This document shows positions 57,876-64,000 of a stretch of DNA of 64,000 nt, in pieces. Location: the NCBI GenBank assembly GCA_965224085.1, contig CBDCYI010000009.1, forward strand, positions 128,001 through 192,000, in the 5' to 3' direction. Source of the DNA: Candidatus Marinacidobacterales bacterium (lineage in GTDB: Bacteria > Acidobacteriota > Vicinamibacteria > Marinacidobacterales > SMYC01). A program made the translations under genes and the position numbers. Every line of letters begins with the position of its first letter. The first letter of the stretch is position 1. The notes under the pieces are model-generated. The model was not told the DNA's origin and did no database searches. It saw only the letters and a list, made by a program, of their open reading frames with translations.

Positions 57876-59625
57876 GACGGAGAGTCTCGGCGGCGTCGTC
57901 CTCGTTGCTCTGTTTTGGTCGTTCCCCGGGACGGGTAACGCGCAGAGGTCCGCGTCGACGCTCTATAAAGACGCCCAGAGCGCCGAAAAGCGACTCCATC
58001 AGTCGAAGTCACGTCTCGCAAAGAAGTCCGATTGGACGAGCGTCGCGAAGCTCTATCGTAAAGTCGTGCTCGCCCATCCCCGAAGCGGCTATTCCGACGA
58101 CGCGCTCTACTACGAGGCCGAGATCTACCTCGAGATATTTCGCCGTTTCGACGACCGGGCCGCGTTGATACACGCGCTCGACAGCTATCTTCTTCTCGCG
58201 AACGGATACCCCACGAGCCGATGGGCGAGAAAAGCCCGCCTCAGCCGCGGGAAGCTCTATCTCGAAACGTTATCGGATCGCAAATCTGCGAGTATCGCGC
58301 TTCGCAAGGTGACATCCCTATGGCCCAATGCGAGCGAAGCAGCTGAGGCGCGGCGCTTGCTCGACATCCTTTTGCGGCCCGAGTCCGCGGCGAGCGAGAA
58401 GCTTCCTAAAGGCGTCGTCGGCGTGCGCAACATCCGGCACTGGTCGGACTCGAAGCGCGAGTACACCAGGGTCGTCATTGATCTCGACAAGGACGTCAAA
58501 TATCGCCAAGGACAGCTCGAGAACCCGGACCGCATCTACTTCGACCTCATCGGTACGCGCGTGACCAAGGCGCTCGCCAGAAAGAGCTTTCCCGTCGAGG
58601 GAGATTTCCTGAGGCAGATCCGCGTCGGGCAAAACAAGCCAGGCGTCGTGCGGGTGGTGCTCGATTTCAAGCGCATCAGCGAGTACAACGTATTCTGGCT
58701 TCCCGAGCCCTATCGGCTCGTCGTGGATATCTCCGGCCAGAAGCCGCGCTCCGAAGCTCTCGTCGCCGAGCAGACTCCCCGACCGGCGCCTCCTCCGCAG
58801 ACCACACCGACACCAAAAACCCCGCGCACACCCGCGGCCGACGACAGCGCAGCTCTCAAGCTTCCGCCCGCGCCCACGCGCGACGGCTTCTCGACCGCGC
58901 GGCAGTTCGGCTTGAGCGTCGGCCGCGTGCTCATTGACCCGGGCCATGGCGGGCGCGACCCGGGGACACAGAGCAAGAAGCTCCAGGAAAAAAACCTCGT
59001 GCTCGACATCTCGAAGCGGGTGGCGAAGCTTCTTCAGCAAGATAATTTCGAGGTCATGATGACCAGGGGCTCCGACATCTTCATCCCTCTCGAGGAGCGC
59101 ACGGCCATCGCAAACTCCAAGGGGGCCGACCTCTTCGTGTCGATCCACGTCAACGCCTCGCGCAGCTCGCGACCCCGCGGTACCGAGACCTACTTCCTCA
59201 ACCTCACCAACGACCCGGTTGCCGCCGAGGTCGCCGCGAGAGAGAACGCAACAACCACGCGCCGGCTCTCGGAGCTCAACGATTTGCTGCAGAAGGTCAT
59301 GAACAACAGCAAGATTACCGAATCGCGCGAACTCGCGACCCACGTTCAGAACTCGATGGCGGGGGACCTTTTTTCGTCGGCGAAGGACTCGAGAAACCGC
59401 GGCGTGAAGAAGGCACCGTTCTACGTGCTTCTCGGGGCCCAGATGCCGGCTGTTCTCGTCGAAGTCGCCTATCTCTCGAACCGCAAGGACGAGGCGCTAC
59501 TCGCCAACGTCGCTTATCGTCAGAAAGTCGCCAAATCCATCGCCAAAGGCATCCGCACGTACCACGAAGCGCTGGGGCGAACGACGATGACCGCTCCGGC
59601 CGCTCGCGGCGTCGCTCCCCAATAA
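57850..59625 (+). CDS. N-acetylmuramoyl-L-alanine amidase (TPR-AMIN-Amidase_3)
   Basis: IDPGHGG, EKN, SIHVNA, LVEVAYLSN; start inferred at MRSITS before the signal-like segment. Confidence 0.92.
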   Translation: MRSITSCARTESLGGVVLVALFWSFPGTGNAQRSASTLYKDAQSAEKRLHQSKSRLAKKSDWTSVAKLYRKVVLAHPRSGYSDDALYYEAEIYLEIFRRFDDRAALIHALDSYLLLANGYPTSRWARKARLSRGKLYLETLSDRKSASIALRKVTSLWPNASEAAEARRLLDILLRPESAASEKLPKGVVGVRNIRHWSDSKREYTRVVIDLDKDVKYRQGQLENPDRIYFDLIGTRVTKALARKSFPVEGDFLRQIRVGQNKPGVVRVVLDFKRISEYNVFWLPEPYRLVVDISGQKPRSEALVAEQTPRPAPPPQTTPTPKTPRTPAADDSAALKLPPAPTRDGFSTARQFGLSVGRVLIDPGHGGRDPGTQSKKLQEKNLVLDISKRVAKLLQQDNFEVMMTRGSDIFIPLEERTAIANSKGADLFVSIHVNASRSSRPRGTETYFLNLTNDPVAAEVAARENATTTRRLSELNDLLQKVMNNSKITESRELATHVQNSMAGDLFSSAKDSRNRGVKKAPFYVLLGAQMPAVLVEVAYLSNRKDEALLANVAYRQKVAKSIAKGIRTYHEALGRTTMTAPAARGVAPQ

Positions 59626-59643
59626 GGTGTTACAATGCGCTCA

Positions 59644-59910
59644 ATGGAGCGCTTTTTGGCCTTTCTGCTGCTACAAGCGAATCAACCCGCCATTCGCTAT
59701 TTTACGCTAAAGGACCCGAACCCGGAGCCCTCCTACGTATGGGTCATCCTGAACGCGTTCTTTTTCATCGGGGTCATGCTGCTCGTCACGTTTAGCCTCG
59801 GGGTGGTGTTCGGCGGCTTTCGTTACTGGCTTCTGACGAAGTTCCCTAACAACAAGTTCAACGGAACCGACGAAGAGGACCTCATCCATTCTTTCCGTTT
59901 GAACGACTGA
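59644..59910 (+). CDS. Small membrane protein
   Basis: Long hydrophobic stretch; TGTTACAAT extended -10 seven nt before the ATG. Confidence 0.65.
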   Translation: MERFLAFLLLQANQPAIRYFTLKDPNPEPSYVWVILNAFFFIGVMLLVTFSLGVVFGGFRYWLLTKFPNNKFNGTDEEDLIHSFRLND

Positions 59911-59922
59911 TCCGTCAGCCTG

Positions 59923-60474
59923 CTACCGGCGGATCCGGACCCGAGCACGGATCGCACATCCTTCAGACGTCGGAGCGGAAACGACAGCCCCGTGACCAAT
60001 GCCGGGGGGAACGCGGAAGACGACCCGCTCGTAGCCGCGCAAGAAACCTTCCCCACCGCACGGGTGGCACCAGCCGTAGAATTCGATCCCCCGTCCCGAG
60101 CAGCGCGGACACTCGCGCTCGCGAGGCACCTCGAGCGCGACCTCGCCGCCGCGGGCGGCTTCCTCGAGCGACATGACGATGTCGACGTGCGCCGGAGGCG
60201 CATCGCGGCGCGGCTGGACCTCGCGAAAGGGCACGAGCGGCTCTTCGAATCCGCCGGTCCAGCTTACCGGCGTTGTGGTCGGCGGGGTGTCGTAGGCACG
60301 GCGTCGCTCGGGATCGGATAGCGTTTCATAGGCCGTTTGCAGGGTGCGAAAACGTTCGACGTCGCCCGGTGTGCCGCTATCCGGATGGACTGCCTTCACG
60401 AGAGCGCGATAGGCCTTCTTGATTTCGGCCTCCGTGTCGCCGCGCGAGACACCGAGGACCTCGTAGTAGTCCAA
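59923..60474 (-). CDS. Short DnaJ-class protein
   Basis: DYYEVLGV, HPD, AYETLSDP; only two CxxCxGxG repeats. Confidence 0.9.
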   Translation of the reverse strand: MDYYEVLGVSRGDTEAEIKKAYRALVKAVHPDSGTPGDVERFRTLQTAYETLSDPERRRAYDTPPTTTPVSWTGGFEEPLVPFREVQPRRDAPPAHVDIVMSLEEAARGGEVALEVPRERECPRCSGRGIEFYGWCHPCGGEGFLRGYERVVFRVPPGIGHGAVVSAPTSEGCAIRARVRIRR

Positions 60475-62592
60475 CTAGGTCTCGCCAAAGCGACAGACGC
60501 GGTTCCTGCCGAGATTCTTCGCCCGGTAGAGCGCTTGGTCCGCAGCTTCGAGCAGGGTCCCCGCAGTGTGGCTTTGGTCGTGGAACATCGCGAGGCCGAT
60601 GCTGACGGTAACTCCTTTTTTCTCTCCACCCGGATGGATGTTCGCGCGAGCCACGGCGGCGCGGATGCGCTCCGCCGAGTCGAGCGCGTCGGCGGCAGTG
60701 ACTTGCGGTAGCACGACCACGAACTCCTCGCCACCAAACCGCGCCAAGACGTCGGCCTGGCGAAGTCCATCCGAGAGCGTCGTCGCGACTTTCTTCAAGA
60801 CCAGGTCCCCCATCGCGTGACCGTAGGTGTCGTTGAAACTCTTGAAGTGGTCGATGTCGAGCATGAGTAGCGCCAAGTTCGAGTCGGAGCGGATGGCGCG
60901 CGCGAGCTCGCGCTCGAGAGCGCCGTCCAAATAGCGCCGGTTGAAAAGACCCGTGAGTGCGTCGGTCGCGGCGAGATTTTCCACGCGTTCGTAAACGATC
61001 GCGTTCTCAATCGCCACGGCTGCGTGGTTGCAATAGATCCGCAACAAGCGCAGCTCGCGCGCCGTGAACGCGTCGCCGCTTCGTGTCAATAGAAGCGCGC
61101 CGCAAACGCGCTGCAGCGCCCGCAAAGGAACGGCTAGAAAATTGGCCCCCGTGGTCGCCCGCTCTTTGGGATCCAGAATCGGCATGCCTGAGCGCCGTTC
61201 CATGCGTATCGCCAAAGGCTCTTCGCGTGCGCGGAGGACCCAGCCGGCCCAGCTGGGCGACGCGAGAGGGAAAGATTTTCCGAGCATCTCCTTTCTATAG
61301 CCTTCCGCAACGACGACGGAGAACGCTTCGTTGCCTTCTGAGAGAAGGCACACCGCACACGTCTCGAACTTCCCGACCGCGCGCGCGTACTCGACGATGT
61401 GCCTCAGCAAATCCACGACATGAGCCGCGCCCGAAAGCTTTTCACTCGCTCCGAGCAAGCCCTTCAGCTCGAGCTCCTCGACAAAGTGTTGCGCCTGTCG
61501 CCGAAACAGCGCCTGTGCTTCGGACATCTGCGCGGCGATACCTACGGCCAATTCGCGGCGATTCTCGTCGAAGTGTCGGGGGCGTGCGTGCTCGAGCGTG
61601 AGGATCCAAGGCGGCTCGTCCCAGATACGGATTGGGATCGCCAACACCGATGGCACCGGCGCCGCATCACGCCACCAAGGAAGCCGGTGCGGCTTCGTCG
61701 CGGAAGCGAGCGAAACGGGCTCTTCCGTCCGCAACACCGCGGCCAAAAAGCTCCCTTTTAGATCGAAGCGTTTGGATGTGACCTCGCCCGTACCGACGGT
61801 GCTGAGCCGCGCCCAGTAAGACTCTCCTCCCGCAGCTACTTGAAGAAGCGTCGCGGCGCGCGCTTGTGTCGCTTGCGCGACGAGCTGAAGTAGAGGCGCT
61901 AAATAAGAGTCGAGACGTTGCAGTTGCTCGGCGCGCCCCACTCGCTGTCCTTCTTCGCTCAGCGGCGACACGTTGTCTTGCTCGACGTCGCTCCCACTCA
62001 GCTGCTTCAACCCGGTGTCGAGGCGCATGAGGCGGTCCTCAGCTCGTTCCGCCCGTTCGCGCTCGGCCCGCTCCATGTAGTCATAGCCGACGACGGCGAG
62101 AAGGAAGAGCCCAGCGAGGCGCAAGAGATCCACCGGCGAAGCTTCGGCCGCAATGAGCCAGTTCGAGGTCTCTAGACAGAGGACGAGGGCAACAAGAAAG
62201 ACGACGAGCTTGCGCGAGAACGCGAGCGATGAGAGCCCACCGAGCAGAAGGTAGAGACCTTGCCAATACGAGCGCGCGCCGCCGGTGAGCTGGACGACCA
62301 GATTGATACCACAGGTCAAAAACACGAGAAGAGCGAGCTCGTCGAGCTGGCTGTGATGTTTGCTGGCGTAGCGGAAGGTCGCGTAGGTCAGGCCGACAAG
62401 AAGAAGCAAGACGTGCGCGAGGCGGAGCACGTCGTCGCTGCCCATTCCGGGGCCGACCCGGATCGACGCCTCCGGAAGAAAAAGTCCCAAAGAGCTCGTC
62501 AGGATGGCGGCGCCAATCCCTATGGGAACCGCGATTTTGTGGACTCGGCCGGAAGAGACGCCAGTGAGAACTTCCTGCCTTGCGGGTATCAA
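60475..62592 (-). CDS. Membrane diguanylate cyclase (TM-GAF-GAF-GGDEF)
   Basis: DALTGLFNRR, DIDHFK, RQAD I-site, GGEEF. Confidence 0.93.
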   Translation of the reverse strand: MIPARQEVLTGVSSGRVHKIAVPIGIGAAILTSSLGLFLPEASIRVGPGMGSDDVLRLAHVLLLLVGLTYATFRYASKHHSQLDELALLVFLTCGINLVVQLTGGARSYWQGLYLLLGGLSSLAFSRKLVVFLVALVLCLETSNWLIAAEASPVDLLRLAGLFLLAVVGYDYMERAERERAERAEDRLMRLDTGLKQLSGSDVEQDNVSPLSEEGQRVGRAEQLQRLDSYLAPLLQLVAQATQARAATLLQVAAGGESYWARLSTVGTGEVTSKRFDLKGSFLAAVLRTEEPVSLASATKPHRLPWWRDAAPVPSVLAIPIRIWDEPPWILTLEHARPRHFDENRRELAVGIAAQMSEAQALFRRQAQHFVEELELKGLLGASEKLSGAAHVVDLLRHIVEYARAVGKFETCAVCLLSEGNEAFSVVVAEGYRKEMLGKSFPLASPSWAGWVLRAREEPLAIRMERRSGMPILDPKERATTGANFLAVPLRALQRVCGALLLTRSGDAFTARELRLLRIYCNHAAVAIENAIVYERVENLAATDALTGLFNRRYLDGALERELARAIRSDSNLALLMLDIDHFKSFNDTYGHAMGDLVLKKVATTLSDGLRQADVLARFGGEEFVVVLPQVTAADALDSAERIRAAVARANIHPGGEKKGVTVSIGLAMFHDQSHTAGTLLEAADQALYRAKNLGRNRVCRFGET

Positions 62593-63311
62593 TCGAGGAC
62601 TCCAGCTACCTCCTCACATACACGTAGCGCGCGCGACATGGCCGTCGAAAAACGCGACACGAGTGGGGCGGTGTCGAACACGATGGCGCGCTCCACGTCG
62701 GAGCGCAGGGCTTCCGTCTCGTCGAGGCGCAAGCTCACCGGGGGGTAGCCCGCGGAGCACGCGAAGAAGCTGAGCAGAAGATGTGCGGTACGAAAATTGC
62801 CTCTTTCGAAAGGGGCGATCTCGACGAAACGTGCAAACCAGAGCGCCATTCGCTGGGCTGGAAACATCTGCCGGCCGCTTTCGGCCGAGAGCCAATCGAG
62901 CAAATTGTCGAGTTTGACACCGATGAAGCGCGGCGGAGTCGGCCGCGCGTTGTGAAATTGCGGCTTGGTATCCGAAGCTCGAAATCGGCCGTCCGCACCC
63001 GGATTCGCCAGCTGGTGCACTCTGCGGATGAGCTCGACGTCCGGCTCGTCGCGCTCTTCGGCGGATTTTTCGATTACCGCGAGGGCTTCGAGTTGGGCGC
63101 GTACGGTCTCGTTCTCCTCGTGCTCGTGGGCGCGGTCACGCTCAATCGCTACCCCTGTCAGAAGAAGCGTTTCCACCGCGAGCTCCAGGCGCAGAGCGTG
63201 CAGCGCTCGCAAGGCGCCCGTGTCGCTCGCCGCCGTCAATCGGTTCAGACGCCGCTCGAGGGCATAACCCGGCGCCTCCCGCTTGAGGGGATAGATCGGT
63301 AGCTCCGGCAT
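62589..63311 (-). CDS. Fic-fold protein with a degenerate active site
   Basis: IRRVHQL, GRFR, FVEIAPFERGNFRTAHLL (canonical HPFx[D/E]GNGR), GYPP. Confidence 0.8.
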   Translation of the reverse strand: MPELPIYPLKREAPGYALERRLNRLTAASDTGALRALHALRLELAVETLLLTGVAIERDRAHEHEENETVRAQLEALAVIEKSAEERDEPDVELIRRVHQLANPGADGRFRASDTKPQFHNARPTPPRFIGVKLDNLLDWLSAESGRQMFPAQRMALWFARFVEIAPFERGNFRTAHLLLSFFACSAGYPPVSLRLDETEALRSDVERAIVFDTAPLVSRFSTAMSRALRVCEEVAGVLD

Positions 63312-63353
63312 TTTAGTGAACGGTATAATTGTAGCGCGCTTATGGGGTTTGCG

Positions 63354-63743
63354 CTATCCGGCGCTCCGCTGAGCGGGTTCGGTCGGACCAGCCCCTCTCG
63401 TTCCGCGGTCGAGATGGCGCGACATACGCTCCATGACGTGGAGAAGCTCCATTTGCAGCCGCGGGTCACGGGACAGGCGGCGAAACGTACGCAGTAGCCG
63501 ATGATCCTTCGGGTCGAGCATGCCCTCGTCGGGCGGGGGTTCGACGGCGCTCACGAAATAGCCCAAGGGCACTTCGAGCGCGTGTGAGATCTTCAGGAGC
63601 CACTCGAGAGAGATTTTGCGGCGACCGAGCTCGAAATTCGTGAGCGCGCCTTGTGAAATATTGATTTTCTTGGCGAGGTCCTTTTGTTTCATGCCGTGCT
63701 CGAGTCTGACTTTACGAATGCGCTGTCCGATCTTCTTGAACAT
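63354..63743 (-). CDS. XRE/Cro-CI HTH transcriptional regulator
   Basis: IGQRIRKVR..MKQKDLA..ISQ..FELG..LKISHALEV. Confidence 0.92.
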   Translation of the reverse strand: MFKKIGQRIRKVRLEHGMKQKDLAKKINISQGALTNFELGRRKISLEWLLKISHALEVPLGYFVSAVEPPPDEGMLDPKDHRLLRTFRRLSRDPRLQMELLHVMERMSRHLDRGTRGAGPTEPAQRSAG

Positions 63744-63808
63744 ACAGATTTCCCCCATTAAGAACGCATCGGGGGAATCGATGATGTTGAGGGTCAAGGG
63801 TCAGACGT

Positions 63809-63837
63809 ATTGTCTACACGCAAGGCCCCGGTGTCAA
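63809..63837 (-). promoter_or_regulatory. Sigma70 promoter of the XRE gene
   Basis: TTGACA-17 bp-GACAAT. Confidence 0.65.
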
Positions 63838-64000
63838 CCCGAAACATTACGGGGCGAAAAATAGCTAATCCCGAAAAAAAAGCTGCAAAAGCTCGGAAAA
63901 ATGATTCAAAACTTTGAGTCTCGCGCCTTCCTGGGAGCGAACGTCCTCATGTTCTAGGGTCCACGTGTTTTCGTGGGGGATGTACACCGCGCCGAGGCCC

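Noticed and set aside
63855-63900. AAAAGCT-like direct repeats upstream of the XRE promoter
   Set aside because: Short, irregularly spaced and near the window edge; cannot be distinguished from A-tract promoter DNA.
1-64000. CRISPR array, rRNA, TnpB/omegaRNA, retron or recognisable defence system
   Set aside because: No regularly spaced repeats or matching genes were seen by eye; the IS200 carries TnpA only.

Overview
GC-rich bacterial DNA; the gene families suggest Acidobacteriota, which is an inference. The window splits at a tRNA-Lys(TTT) at 47673-47748. Left of it (1-47.6 kb) is an eroding accessory region with three kinds of content. (a) Secreted hydrolases (S9, M28, DUF885, esterases, BNR propellers, amidohydrolase). 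(b) Catabolic clusters (TRAP plus hydantoinase/oxoprolinase; acyl-CoA dehydrogenase plus aminotransferase plus SDR; malate synthase G). (c) More than ten gene remnants and many mobile elements: IS200, ISNCY, IS1595, a tyrosine recombinase plus IS91 unit, IS1/IS5/IS630 remnants and a CTAG-ended MITE family. Right of it is core genome: purA, trxAB/tlpA, rsmA-rnj-uppP-ftsK-amidase, and an XRE / pseudo-Fic / diguanylate cyclase / mini-DnaJ cluster. The best leads are: (1) the coupled dead-Fic + DGC + J-protein module; (2) the integrase + IS91 unit bracketed by a 17-bp inverted repeat, with XerD-like and IHF boxes; (3) a proline dehydrogenase with hydroxyproline-dehydrogenase-like substitutions; (4) an S9 peptidase lacking its catalytic Asp and His; (5) an IS200 inserted exactly in a stop/start overlap. 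All calls come from reading motifs by eye; no searches were run.
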